The notes: a model not told the origin generated them from the sequence alone. Shown: positions 44,078 to 55,859, counted from the stretch's first letter. The stretch is DNA of 64,000 nt from an uncultured Planctomycetaceae bacterium (GCA_963813715.1 CAWFAK010000017.1:64001-128000); one strand, 5' to 3'. Program-made: numbers and translations.

Positions 44078-44706
44078 ATGGCATGCGATCTCACGCGACG
44101 GTTGGGCGGATTCGGCAGAGCCTTCGCAATCAGTGGGCTTCGATCGCCGTCGTGTTCTCTTTGCTGACGATCGCCGTTCTCATGACGGACCGAGCCTGCG
44201 CGAGCAGCCGACGCCCGCCGTGCTCCATGCCCAGCCGCCCGAGCTGCCGGAACGGGCGCAGGACGACTGGTTCAACTCGCCGCCGCTCAAGCTGTCCGCG
44301 CTCCGCGGCCGGGTGGTCGTGCTTCACTTCTGGACTTTCGCCTGCATCAACTGCCGGCACAACGACGCGGCCTACAAAGCCTGGTTTCAAAAGTACGCGA
44401 CCAAGGGGGTCACCATGATCGGCGTCCACACGCCCGAGACCGCGCGAGCACGATCTCAAGCGGCTCAAAAAGAGCATCGAGGAGCGGGGACTCAAGTATC
44501 CGATCGTCGTCGACGCCGACGGCAAGACCTGGACGGCGTGGGGCAACCGCTGGTGGCCCTCGATCTACCTGATCGACAAACAGGGCTTCGTTCGCTACCG
44601 CTGGGATGGCGAACTCGGCTGGAAAGGGGCCAAGGGCAAAGCGATCATGGAAAAGAAGATCGACGAGTTGCTCGCCGAGGAAATTCCGGCGACAGCGAAT
44701 AACTAA
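44078..44706 (+). CDS. Redoxin/TlpA (DipZ C-terminal-like) protein (frameshifts near 44190 and 44445)
   Basis: LRGRVVVLHFWTFACINC, IGVHTPE, then WGNRWWPSIYLIDKQG in a shifted frame. Confidence 0.85.
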
Positions 44707-44765
44707 CCGTCTCAGCCTTGCCATCGTTGGGGGCGGGATCGGCCGCCGCTCGCGGAGAAATCGCC

Positions 44766-45599
44766 ATGTGCCAATGCCTGTCCCCGGGCGGGTTTCTGGG
44801 AAAGGTCGTCCGCCAGCAGGCTTGCGCCGGGCTGTCTTTGACGGAGACTCGCCACCCGGCGGGCGCCCGTTTGCCGCGGCATTGCCACGAACGGGCCTAC
44901 TTCTGCTTCATCCGCCGCGGCACCTATCGGGAGGAGTACGGGAACCGACAACGGTTTTGCGGCCCGCACATGCTGGCCTTCCATCCGCCCATGGAGGTTC
45001 ACGCGGAGCACGTCGACGCAGAGGAAGTCTGTTCATTCAATATCGAAATCACCTCGTTGTGGGTACGCGGATCCGCTGGCAGAGCCCTCCCTCTGAGCGA
45101 ACCCTTCGACTGCCACGCGGGACCGGCAGTGGGCCTCGCGGTGCGAATTCTTGACGAATTCAATTGTTTCGACGCGTCATCACCCTTGATCATCGAGGGG
45201 CTGACGCTCGAACTCTTGGGCGTTTGCGACCGGCAGGTGCGCTGTGAGACCGCCCCGCCCCGTTGGTTGCGGAGGGTCAGCGAGCTGCTCCGCGAGCGCT
45301 GCACCGACTCATGGAACCTGGCGGCTGTCGCGGCCGAAGCTGGCGTTCACCCGGGTTACCTCGCAACGTCATTCCGCCGCCATTTCGGCTGCACGATTGG
45401 GGACTTTGTGCGCCGCCAGCGGATTGCGCTGGCTTGCCGCGCCTTGACCGAGGACGACACGCCGCTGGCGGACGTCGCCTTGCGGGCTGGATTTGCCGAC
45501 CAGAGTCATTTCACCCGCGCGTTCAAACGCGAACTCGGACTGACTCCGGCCGCCTACCGGAAGGCGACGTCGCGCTCAGCAGACCGTTCCAAAAGCTGA
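44766..45599 (+). CDS. AraC family transcriptional regulator
   Basis: N-terminal cupin PRHCHE; C-terminal AGFADQSHFTRAFKR..G.TP..YR. Confidence 0.93.
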   Translation: MCQCLSPGGFLGKVVRQQACAGLSLTETRHPAGARLPRHCHERAYFCFIRRGTYREEYGNRQRFCGPHMLAFHPPMEVHAEHVDAEEVCSFNIEITSLWVRGSAGRALPLSEPFDCHAGPAVGLAVRILDEFNCFDASSPLIIEGLTLELLGVCDRQVRCETAPPRWLRRVSELLRERCTDSWNLAAVAAEAGVHPGYLATSFRRHFGCTIGDFVRRQRIALACRALTEDDTPLADVALRAGFADQSHFTRAFKRELGLTPAAYRKATSRSADRSKS

Positions 45600-45725
45600 A
45601 TCCCGTTCAAGAGCCCTCGCCTTCCGCTGCTTAGGATCGTCTTTGACGAAGTGGGCTGTCTCGCTCGTACTATTCTCTCCGAGCGCCCGTTTCGAAGTTC
45701 GAGTTTCTCCAAGGAGAATGGGTTC

Positions 45726-46858
45726 ATGAGAGGCAGTCGTGCGTGGCGGTGGGCCCTGCTTGCCGCACTGGCAGTATTCGTTCCGCAAACGTGCTCGCGC
45801 AGGTCCGATTCATGATCAGGCCGGACCAACCACCGTTGCCGATCGACGCGGAGACAGCCAACACGGTGATCGACGAGGCGCTGAAGCGGCTGGAGGCGGA
45901 GTACGTGTTTCCCGAAGTCGCCGCGCAAATGGTCCAGGCGATCCGCAAGCGTCAGGCTGACAAGGAATACGCCGCCATCAAAACCGGTCAGGCTCTGGCG
46001 GATCGGCTCACCAAGGACTTGCAGGCAGTCTCCAAGGACAAACATCTGCGGATCACCTGCAGCACCGATAAGTTGCCGAAATTGCCAGACGGGTCGGAAC
46101 AGGACAAGGGCCCGACGCCGCAAATGAAAGAAGAGATGCGGCAGATGGGCCAATGGATGAATGCCGGCTACCGCGAAGTGAAGCGTCTCAGTGGCAACGT
46201 TGGCTATCTGGCCGTCGATGGCTTCCTTCCGCCCGACGTCGCGGCCGAGCCGGCCGCTGCGGCCATGAACTTTCTCGCAAATACAGACGCACTGATCATC
46301 GACCTTCGCAAAAACGGCGGCGGTGACCCGGAAAGCGTCGCCCTCCTCTGTAGCTATTTCTTCGGGAGCCAACCGGTCCATTTGAACAGCCTCTACTCGC
46401 GCAAAGAAAACAAAACCGAGGAATATTGGACGCGCAAGGAGGTCGCCGGCAAACGTTATTTGAGCAAGGATGTCTACGTCTTGATCGCGCCACGGACGTT
46501 TTCGGGAGCGGAAGAATTCGCCTACGATTTGCAAACACAGAAACGCGCCGTGCTCGTGGGCCAAACGACCGGCGGCGGGGCGCACCCCGGCGGACTCGGC
46601 CCGCTTGGCGATCATTTCATGATGTTTGTGCCCACCGGCCGAGCCATCAACCCCATCACGAAAACCGATTGGGAAGGCGTCGGCGTAAAGCCGGACGTGG
46701 CCGTCCCCGCCGACGCGGCACTCGAGAAGGCTCACGAACTCGCAATCCAGACACTTTTGAAAAACGCCAAGGACGAGGAAGCGCGTGAACGGATTCAAAT
46801 GGACGTAAGGCGCTCCGGCGACCGACCGATGACCAAGGCGACGGCGAGGGTTCGGTGA
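45726..46858 (+). CDS. S41 family peptidase (IRBP-like), secreted (frameshift in the signal peptide)
   Basis: IIDLRKNGGG, TFSGAEEF, GQTTGGGAHP, WEGVGVKPD. Confidence 0.92.
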
Positions 46859-46908
46859 TTCCCACTCGCGAATTTGGGCGGGCGACTTCGTCGACTGCGC
46901 CCTGTCGC

Positions 46909-48192
46909 TCAGCGCCGCTTCTTGCGGCGGACTGAAAACGGTTCGAGCGCCTTGAGCATGGCTCGCGCGGAGGGAAACCGGGCGGCCGGGTCTTTGGCGA
47001 GCGCGCGGTGCACGATCTCTTCCACGCCGGACGGAACCTGCGGGGCCCGCCGGCGGAGGGGGACCGGGTCATCTTCCAGCACCACCGCGAGCTTGTTCTT
47101 GTCGTCGAAGTCGAACGGAAATTCGTTGGCAAGATAGCGGTAAAGGGTTGCGCCGACCGCGTAGATGTCTCCGGCCGGCCGCGCCTGGCGGCAATCGATC
47201 ACCAGTTCCGGAGCGAGGTAGGCGATCGTGCCGCGGATGTCTCCGAGGCGCGAGATTTCGCTCAAGCCGGCATAGGCGTAATTCTTCGCCAGGCCGAAAT
47301 CGGCGAGCTTGGCGTTGAGTTTTCGCCCCTTGCGCCACAAGAGCACGTTCTCGGGCTTAATGTCGCGGTGCACGATCGACATCTCGTGCGCGTGGTCCAG
47401 GGCCAGCAGAATCTGACAGATGATCGCGCACGAGATCCGTGTGCGGGCGGACCCTTGTTCTTCGAGCACCGTTTCGTACGGGATCGCCGGAACGTACTCC
47501 ATGATCAGATGCAGCTGTCCGGAGTTGTAGCCGAAATCGAGACACTGCACGATGTGCGGGTGATTGAGCCGGCCCAACAGACTGGCTTCGCGCACGAAAA
47601 GCTGCATCGCCGCCTCGGAAGCCGATTGCCGCGGCGAAATCACCTTGATGGCGACCGGCTTGGCGGTCGCCGAATGGACGGCGCGGAACACCACGCCCAT
47701 CGAGCCGCTGCCGATCTCTTCTTGCAGCTCGTATCCGGGAATCTCGCGGACGGAGGCGAACTTCTTTTCGAGCCGCGTCTCGGTCGGCCTCTCGAAGGTG
47801 ATGGTCGACTTAAACGACCCCAGCACGGTGGGCGCGTCGACAGCGACGCGCGGCCGACCGGTGGTGACGCTCACCCGGATCTCGGTCTTGCCCCCCGAGA
47901 TCACGTCGCCGTCGCGGAGAAACGTGGCGTTGACGCGGTTCCCGTTGACGAACGTGCCGTTGCGGCTCCCCAAGTCGACCAGGTAGCAATCGGGGGGACG
48001 GATCTCGATCCGGAAGTGATGCCGCGAGAAGTGCAGGTCATCCTGCAAGCACAGATGGGACCACGACCCCCGGCCGACAAGAAACGTGTCGTACCGATCG
48101 AACTCGAAGTGCTTGCCTTGGTGCGGGCCGGAAGCGACTTCGAGGGCGACCCGCACGGTCTGCCGCTGCCGAAGCTCGGTGTCGCCAGGCAT
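46909..48192 (-). CDS. FHA domain-containing Ser/Thr protein kinase
   Basis: FHA motifs VGR, SRHH, GSRNGTFVNG; kinase motifs GSGSMG, VAIK, HRDIKPEN, DFG, YLAPE. Confidence 0.93.
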   Translation of the reverse strand: MPGDTELRQRQTVRVALEVASGPHQGKHFEFDRYDTFLVGRGSWSHLCLQDDLHFSRHHFRIEIRPPDCYLVDLGSRNGTFVNGNRVNATFLRDGDVISGGKTEIRVSVTTGRPRVAVDAPTVLGSFKSTITFERPTETRLEKKFASVREIPGYELQEEIGSGSMGVVFRAVHSATAKPVAIKVISPRQSASEAAMQLFVREASLLGRLNHPHIVQCLDFGYNSGQLHLIMEYVPAIPYETVLEEQGSARTRISCAIICQILLALDHAHEMSIVHRDIKPENVLLWRKGRKLNAKLADFGLAKNYAYAGLSEISRLGDIRGTIAYLAPELVIDCRQARPAGDIYAVGATLYRYLANEFPFDFDDKNKLAVVLEDDPVPLRRRAPQVPSGVEEIVHRALAKDPAARFPSARAMLKALEPFSVRRKKRR

Positions 48193-48343
48193 CCGCCGGT
48201 CCCTGAGATGGATTCGGACATGCGGATTATCCCACGACCCAGTGGCGGCAACAAGAACCCTGATCGCGGGCAAGGGCAAGCTGAGGGTTAACCCCTAGAG
48301 GCGGTTTGCGAACCTTTTCGCCGCTATGCGGGGTCGCGCGCGA

Positions 48344-49823
48344 TCAGTCGAAGCGGGTTGATTCTGACAAGAGTTGCTTCTCGATCGCCAGGCCGAGCGA
48401 GCGCAACTTGCCGCGCAGCGTTGTCCGCGAAATCCCGAGAATCTCGCTGGCACGCAGCTGGTTTCCCTTGGCGTGGCGGAGCACCGTTTCAATGACCGTG
48501 CGATCGACGGCCGCGCAGACCTTGTCGTAAATATCGGACTGCTTGGATTGCAGCATGTCGGCGACGAGGGCCGCTACATCGAGCTCGCGCGGATCGGCAT
48601 CGGCCGCATGACGGACTCCGGGCGTTTCGAGGCGCATTGCGCTGCCGTCCCCTTGCAGGTGATCGGGAAGCGAATCGCGGGTGATGACTTCGCCGGCCGA
48701 TTGGATGTACGCGAAGCGGATGGCGCTTTGCAGCTCTCGAACGTTTCCCGGCCAGGGGTACGACTCCAGGATCCGCATCGCGTCGGGAGCAACCGAATTC
48801 ACACGCTTGCCGAACTGTCGGCTCAACTGAGTCAGGAAGTAGGAAATCAAAAGCGGCAGATCGTCCCGGCGATCGCGGAGCGGTGGGATTGTGATCGTAT
48901 AGACCCGGAGGCGGTACAACAGATCGCCCCGGAATCGGCCGGCGGCGACCAGTTCGTCCAGGTTCTGGTTGGTGGCGGCGATCACGCGGACGTCGGTGCG
49001 GATCGTTTCCTCGCCGCCGACCCGCTCAAACTGCTGCTCTTGCAACAGCCGCAGCACTTTGGGCTGCGTCGTCAGCGTCATGTCGCCGATTTCGTCGAGG
49101 AACAGCGTTCCGCGGTTGGCCTGCTCGAACTTGCCGATGCGGCGGCGGTCGGCCCCGGTAAACGCCCCCTTTTCGTGGCCGAACAGCTCGCTCTCGAGCA
49201 GTCCTTCGGGAATGGCGGCGCAGTTGATGGCCAGGAACGGCCCTTCGCTGCGGAGGCTGTGCTGGTAGATGGCGCGGGCGACCAGTTCTTTGCCCGTCCC
49301 GCTTTCACCCTGGATCAGCACCGGCACGTCGAGCGGCGCGACGCGGCCGATGCACTTATAAACTTCGCTCATGGCGGACGTGTCGCCCACGATGCGATCG
49401 ACGCGTTCGTCGTCGGCTGAACCTTCATCGGGAAAGACGGCCGGCACGTGCCGCAAACGGCTGAGCTCGACCGCCTTGGCCACGAGCGTGCGGAGCGACC
49501 GGAAGTCGACTGGCTTGAGCAAGTACTCGAACGCGCCGCGCTTCATCGCTTCGATCGCCGTGTCGGTGCTGCTGTAGGCGGTCATGATGATTACGGGCAA
49601 CCGCGGATCGAGCTGGCGGATGCGGTCGAACGCATCGAGCCCCGACATATCGGGCAAGCGGACGTCGAGCAGCACCGCGTCGGGCGGCTGGCGGCGGACC
49701 TGATCGATTCCCTGGCTGGCGTTCGCGGCGGTGACGACCTCGAGCGTCTCGGAGCGCAGGCTCTGCTCGAGCGAGTACGCGCAGGTTCGGCTCGTCGTCG
49801 ATGATGAGCAGGCGTGGACTCAT
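48344..49823 (-). CDS. Sigma54-dependent response regulator, NtrC family (frameshift near 49780)
   Basis: Receiver LLIIDDE/LLDVRLP; GESGTGKE; GAFTGA; WPGNVREL; Fis-type HTH. Confidence 0.95.
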
Positions 49824-49895
49824 GTTTGTCTGCCGACTCGCGGCGACGCCCAACCGGCGTCCGGTCTGACCCCCTGGAGGCCAAGGGCTCGAAGG

Positions 49896-52800
49896 TCAGT
49901 GCGCCATGCTGCCGGCCGAAGCCGGCGGTTCTCGGTGTCCATAGAAGCTATAGAGCACGGGCATCAGGTAACGGGTTAGAAACAACGTGGTGATCATGCC
50001 GCCCACCACCACAATGGCCAGCGGCTTTTGCGTCTGTGAACCGATCTTGGTGGAAATGGCGGCCGGCATCAGGCCGAAAATCGCCGTGAGCGCGGTCATC
50101 ATCACGGGGCGGACTCGCTTTTCGGCACCGGTGAGGATGGCCTCCTCGACCGGCAGCCCCTGCAAGCGAAGCTGGTTGAAATAGGCCAACAGCAACAGAC
50201 CGTCCATGATGGCGACGCCGAAAATCGAGATGAAGCCGACGGCCGCCGAGATGTTGAAGTTCGTCCCCGTGAGCAAGAGGGCCCAAACGCCGCCGATCGA
50301 CAGGTCGATCACATTCGAGAAGACGATCACTGCGTCGAGCACGTTGCGGAAGGCGATATAGAGCAGCAGGATGATCATCCCCAGCGAGAGAGGCACGATG
50401 ACCATCAGCCGCGCCTCGGCGTCCTGCATTTCCTCGAATTCGCCGCTCCAGACGGAGTGATACGGCGCCTCGAACAGGTCCTTGGTTTTCGCCTGTGCCT
50501 CGTCGACGGCGCCGGCCAGGTCGCGGCCGCGGACGCTGAACTTGATCGCGATCAGCCGCTTGCCCTGTTCGCGATAGATCGTCGAAGCGCCGTGCTGCTG
50601 ATATTGGCCGTCCGGCAGCGGAGCTCCGTCCTCGCCGACCGGCGAAACCAGGTCGCGGAGCCGCAGCCGCGGCGTGTTGCTGATGATGTTCCCGGTGTTG
50701 GCCTGCGCTCCGACGTTGGACGGCGTCGCGTTGCCGGTGCCGATCGAGGTCGGGACCACGCCCGGGCCCGTGTTCTGCACGACGTTGTTGTTGATGATGT
50801 CGACCGGGATGTCGAGGATGTCGGCTTCGCTGTTCCGCAGCCGCTTGGGCCAGCGGACCGAGATGTCGAAAAGTTTTTCGCCTTCGACCATGCTCGACAG
50901 GGCCCGCGCCCGAGCGCGCTCGTCACCACATTGTTGACGTCGGCCGTCTGCACGCCCCAGCGCTGGCACTTGCTCGGATCGACGCGCCATTCGAGGTGTG
51001 ATTGGCCACGAATGTGAAAGATGCCGACGTTCTCGATGCCCCGCACCTGCTGCAGAACATTCTTGGCCTTGGCCGCCAGCAGCTCGAGGCGATCCAGGTC
51101 GGGCCCGAAGATCTTGACCGAGTTGTCCCCTTTGATGCCGGACAGGGCCTCCATCACGTTGTCGCGGATGTTCTGCGAAAAGTTCCAGGTGATGCCGGGG
51201 AGCTTTTCACCCAGCTCGGCGTTCATTGCGTCGACAATTTCATCCTTCGTCCGTGCCCGCTTGGCCCCCAACATCCAGCGCTGCCATTTGGGACGTTCGA
51301 CCAGCAGAGGCCAGTCTTTCTCCGGTCGCAGCGGGACGAAGTATTCGCTGTTGTAGTAGCCGTCGGTGTCGGTCGCGTCGTCGGGTCGGCCGAGCTGGTT
51401 GACGATCGACTCGACCTCGGGATAGGTGGCCATGATGGCCCGCGCCTGGGCCGAAAGCTGCGTATGCCTGGGAAGCGAGATATTGAGCGGAGCGGTCCCG
51501 CGAATCCACAGGTTGCCCTCTTCCAGCGCGGGCATGAATTCGCGGCCCAAGAGGGGCAAGAGTGCAGTCGTGCAGATCGTAAGCGCCGCCATCACGCCGA
51601 CCGTCGCGTAGGGGTGCCGCAGACAGAACCGCAGGTTTCGCAGGTAGCGGGCTTTCATGCCGCGGACGAGCCAGTTGTCCGGCGCCGCCTTCAGGTTCTT
51701 GAAGCACAACAGGCACATCACCGGGGCCATGGTCAGCGCCAAGAACAGCGCGCCGCAGAGGGCGAACGCGTAGGTATCGGCCATCGGCCCGAAGATTTGC
51801 CCTTCCGGTCCCTGCATCGTGAACAGCGGGACAAAGGCGCAGACCATGATGGCCGTCGTGAAGAACAGGCCCCGCTCGACCTCGTGCGTCGCCTTGAGGA
51901 TCCGTTCTCTCAAGCTGAGCTCGGGATATTCGCCCGAGCTCAGATGGCGATAGATATTTTCGACCATGATCACCGACGAGTCGACGATGATCCCGAAATC
52001 GACCGCCCCGATCGACAGCAGGTTGGCCGACATGCCTCGCATATAGAGGATGGAAAACGCGAAGCAGAGGGCCAGCGGCACGTTGATGGCGACGATCAGC
52101 GCGCTGCGGACGTTGCTCAGGAACATCAAGAGCACGATCGTCACCAGCCCCATCCCCAGGAGCAGGTTCTCCCGGACCGTTTCGGTCGTGACGCCCAGCA
52201 GTTCTCGGCGGTCGTAGTAGGTCTCGATCTTGACGCCGGGCAGCATCCGCCCGCCCTTGGGATCGTTCAGCTCAGCGACCTTGGCCTCGACGTCTTTGAG
52301 CGCCGGCAGCGTCTCTTCGTTCTTCCGCAACAGCACGATGCACTCGACGACGTCGGGCTCGTCGTGGCCGATTTGCGCCAGGCTCTGCGCCGATCGCGGC
52401 GGGCGTTCCTTGTCGGCCCTCCAGTAGCCGATCCGGCCCGAGCGCGTCTGATGGCTGACGACGACGCCGCGGTCGGTCATTTCGCCCGGCGATGCTCGTC
52501 CCCCCTCGACGACGTCTTCCACGCGGACCGGCTGGTTGTTGGTCGAGGTGATGACCAGCGAGCGGATGATCCTGCAAGCGGCGCTGCTCTTCGGCCCGCA
52601 GGATGGCCGAGGCTGCGACGGGCTCTTCAGTCCGAGCACTTTGACGGTCGGATCGGTGCCGCCGCCGAACAGGCCGACGCTGCGGACGGTCATCGCGACT
52701 TCGCCCTGGTCGACGTAGTCGCCCCCGACGGTCGCGTTGCTGTTGGAAATGGCGTTCTGCAGCTGGATCAGCGTGAGGCCGAATTTCCGCAACAGATCGG

Positions 52801-53395
52801 GATCGGGCTGAACTTCGTAGCGGCGGACCGTGCCGCCCCAGCCGCAGACGTCGACGATCCGCGGCACCGTGCGGAATTCGCGCTCGAGCACCCAGTCCTG
52901 CAGGGCCTTCAGGTCGTTCAGCGTGTAAATTTCGCGGCCGGCCGCATCCTTGGGCGAGTTGAGCACGTAGCGGTAAATTTCGCCGGTCGGCGACTCGGGA
53001 GAGATCTGCGGCGTGACGTTGGCGGGCAGCGGCTGCGAAATGGTGGCCAGCCGGTTGATGACTTCCTGGCGGCCGGCCTCGTAAGTGTAGTTGCGGCCGT
53101 AATTCCAGTTCATTTTGAGGTCGCTCAATCCGTAGAGCGACTTGCTGTGAATCGAATTGAGCCCGGGCATGCCGGCAAACGTGATCTCCAGCGGCACGGT
53201 GACCTGGCGCTCGACTTCTTCGGCCGACGCACCGGGGAACTGGGCGAAGACTTCGATGATCGCGGGCGCCGGGTCGGGATACGCCTCGACGTTGATGTTG
53301 AGAAACGAATACATCCCGACAATCGAGAGCGCGATCGAGAACAGAATGACGACGAGCGGGTTATGCAGAGCCCACTCGATCAGTTTGCGAACCAT
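49896..53395 (-). CDS. Heavy-metal efflux RND permease, CzcA-like (frameshifts near 52620-52570 and 50910)
   Basis: EAYPD, EEVERQVT, TM4 GAVDFGIIVDSSVIMVEN, EFMPALEEG, RVRPVMMTA, QKPLAIVVVGG. Confidence 0.92.
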
Positions 53396-53550
53396 CGAAG
53401 ACGATCCAACCGAAATTCGGGTGTTGGTTGTTTGTTCGGGCGCTTCGGGGGAGTCGGCCCGTTACGTGGCCCATCTCCGTCGGGAGACACTCGGGGCCAG
53501 AGACTTCCTTGGGACTTGCTCTGCCGGACGTTCCCAGCTGCCGCAAGGCG

Positions 53551-55131
53551 TCATGGCGTGGCCGCCGCCTCATTTCGAGCCGGCGCGTCCGTATTTTTCT
53601 GGGACGCTGCGTCTTTCTGAGCCGCCGCGAGCTTCTGCGCAGGCGCGTCTTTCTGAGCCGATCCGTCTTTCTGAGGTTGAGACTCCATCTCCGTCAGGGC
53701 CGACTTCAGCTCGCCCACACCGGTGCCTAGAATTCGTTCGCCGGGCAACAGCGGCTGCTTGGGCTGCAGGCCCAGTTCCTGCTCCTCGACCGTGAGCTGC
53801 TCGTCCTTGGCGAACGGCCGGCTGCGGACGAAGACCGATTTTTCAAAGCGCCGCACCAGTTCCACCCGGTGCATCGTGTAGTACTGTTTTTGCGGATCCG
53901 TCTCGACAAAAACGATGCTTTGCTGGCCGTCATCGCCCACGGCCGAGGGCGGCACCTCGACAACGTCCTGTGGGGGCGGCAGCTGCACCTTGGCGGAAAT
54001 CATCTTCCCGGCCAAGAGGCGGCCTTCCTTATTGTCGATGTGTCCTTTGACCTTCGCCGTGTGATCGTTGGGGTCGATGATGTAACTGATGTCATCGATG
54101 AAGCCCTCCAGGGGCGTGCTGCCGACGGTGGTGATCGTCCAGCGCCGCGCCCGTTCGGGCAGGGCTTGCAGCGCCGGCAGATCGTCCTCGGGACAGTTGG
54201 CCACGACGGACAGCCGCGGGCCGCCGCCGTCCGGGTCCAGCTTGGCGATCTGAAACAGGTTGATGGTGTTGTCCGAGACGACCGTGTGGGCGGTGATGTT
54301 CTGCTCGACGATGATGCCGTCGTCCGGGGCCTTGATCTCCACGCGGGCCCAACGGTCGAAATTGGCTTTGTCGCGCTGCTTGAGCCGTTTTTCCGCGTCC
54401 TCTGGCTTGACCTTCTCGGCCTCCTCACGGACGGCCTGAACGTCTTCCTCGGGGATGCCCCACGTCCGCAACGTGCTGACAGCCCGATTGAGGGCGTTGA
54501 TATCCCCTTGGACCGCTTTTTTCTGTTGCCAGAGCAGGATGTCTGGAACGACGGCCGCCTTGGCCTGCCATCGATCCAAAATCTGGACGTCGAGCTTGAG
54601 CTGGTAGATGGCATCGATGAGGTCGTTTTTCTTGTTGCCCACGTCGACACTGTAAAAGACGGCCAGCAGATTGCCCTTGGTCACCTTGTCGCCCGAACGC
54701 AGCTCGCGGCGATGGCTCGTCGTTGCCCCGGTCTTGAGGCGATCTTCTTCGATCGTCCCGATCTCGACGCACTGGGCCGAGGACGGAGATGGCGCGAACA
54801 GCGCGCGAATGGGGATCAGCCGCGTCGGGTCGAGCATGGTGGTGCCCGGCATGGGCAAGTCGCGCGTGCGCGTCGGCTTGACGGCGGTGACGATGTTGTC
54901 GACGTTGTCTTTGCGAATGCCGAGCGTCGTCCGCACGTCGGGTGGCACGAACAGCGTGTGCGGTTGGCCTGGCACGAGCTCGACGCCCAAGCCGGACTTG
55001 GTTTCCGGATCCTCATTCCGCTCTTCGCGGTCGGCCGCCAGTTTTTGCAATCCGACTACCCCGCCCACCAGCAGGGCGGCGAAGAGAATCATGCCAATCG
55101 TCTTGACGGACTTCAGCTGTAACACCCGCAT
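53551..55131 (-). CDS. RND efflux periplasmic adaptor (MFP, CzcB-like)
   Basis: N-terminal anchor, GDKVTKG-LL, IKAPDDG-IVE, LFQIA; adjacent to the RND permease. Confidence 0.88.
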   Translation of the reverse strand: MRVLQLKSVKTIGMILFAALLVGGVVGLQKLAADREERNEDPETKSGLGVELVPGQPHTLFVPPDVRTTLGIRKDNVDNIVTAVKPTRTRDLPMPGTTMLDPTRLIPIRALFAPSPSSAQCVEIGTIEEDRLKTGATTSHRRELRSGDKVTKGNLLAVFYSVDVGNKKNDLIDAIYQLKLDVQILDRWQAKAAVVPDILLWQQKKAVQGDINALNRAVSTLRTWGIPEEDVQAVREEAEKVKPEDAEKRLKQRDKANFDRWARVEIKAPDDGIIVEQNITAHTVVSDNTINLFQIAKLDPDGGGPRLSVVANCPEDDLPALQALPERARRWTITTVGSTPLEGFIDDISYIIDPNDHTAKVKGHIDNKEGRLLAGKMISAKVQLPPPQDVVEVPPSAVGDDGQQSIVFVETDPQKQYYTMHRVELVRRFEKSVFVRSRPFAKDEQLTVEEQELGLQPKQPLLPGERILGTGVGELKSALTEMESQPQKDGSAQKDAPAQKLAAAQKDAASQKNTDAPARNEAAATP

Positions 55132-55143
55132 GGGAATTCCTCA

Positions 55144-55177
55144 GGGCTCGAAACCGGACCGGGCTCGAAACCGGGCC
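55144..55177. repeat. 17-bp direct repeat GGGCTCGAAACCGG(A/G)CC, two copies
   Basis: 55144-55160 and 55161-55177, one mismatch. Confidence 0.8.
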
Positions 55178-55192
55178 GGCGGACTTAATGGT

Positions 55193-55667
55193 TCATCGAC
55201 GGGCGACGCGTGCTTGCGGCGAGGCGGCTTCCGTTGCCACCTCAGTTGCCTCGGACTCAACTAAGGCAGATTCGCGTAACGCGGCGTCGATCGTGCGGCG
55301 CAGTTCGGGCAGATCAATCGATTTCGTGACCAATCGTTCTCCGCGGCTGGGCAGGTCGGATTTTTCCAGGCGGTGCGTTGTAAGCAAGATCACCGGCACC
55401 CTGGCTTCCGTTGACCGGATCGTCTCCGCGAGTTTCAATCCCCTGCCATCCCGCAATCCGGCGTCGACCAGCACGAGCTGCGGGCGGCCGGCTTGCATCT
55501 GCTGCAGCGCCTCGGCTACCGTCCGCACGTGGAGGGCGATCCGCCCGTCGAACGTGAGGACCCGCGCCAGCACCTGGCCGAGGACCTCGTCATCCTCCAC
55601 GATCAGAATGGTGCGGGGACGAATCGTGGCGGGCAGGAGGGTGGCGGGAGTTGAGGAGACCGGCATG
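55193..55667 (-). CDS. Single-domain response regulator (receiver only)
   Basis: ILIVEDD, LVLVD phosphoacceptor, ILLT, conserved Lys; start uncertain. Confidence 0.85.
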
Positions 55668-55735
55668 ACAACCGCACACCATCCGAACCGTAACGGGGAT
55701 CGACGGTTCAAGCGCAAAACCGCCAAAGCGTCCTC

Positions 55736-55751
55736 AGCACTTCGGATGCCA
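55736..55751 (-). promoter_or_regulatory. Putative sigma54 (-24/-12) promoter
   Basis: Minus strand TGGCATCCGAAGTGCT with exact GG-N10-GC spacing, upstream of the receiver-MFP-RND-NtrC genes. Confidence 0.65.
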
Positions 55752-55829
55752 ACGGCCGGAGTGTGTCGGCGGCTTCATCAAACGGGCATCAGTTGGGATG
55801 ATTTCGACGAATTGTGACTGGTTTTTAAG

Positions 55830-55859
55830 CGAGTCGACCATCAAGCTCTGGTCAACTCG
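55830..55859. promoter_or_regulatory. Inverted repeat, candidate enhancer/operator
   Basis: CGAGTCGACCA-N8-TGGTCAACTCG, 11-bp arms with one mismatch. Confidence 0.55.

Noticed and set aside
51002..53620. 872-aa plus-strand ORF and similar long antisense ORFs
   Set aside because: Shadow ORFs opposite well-supported genes, expected at high GC; no recognisable motifs
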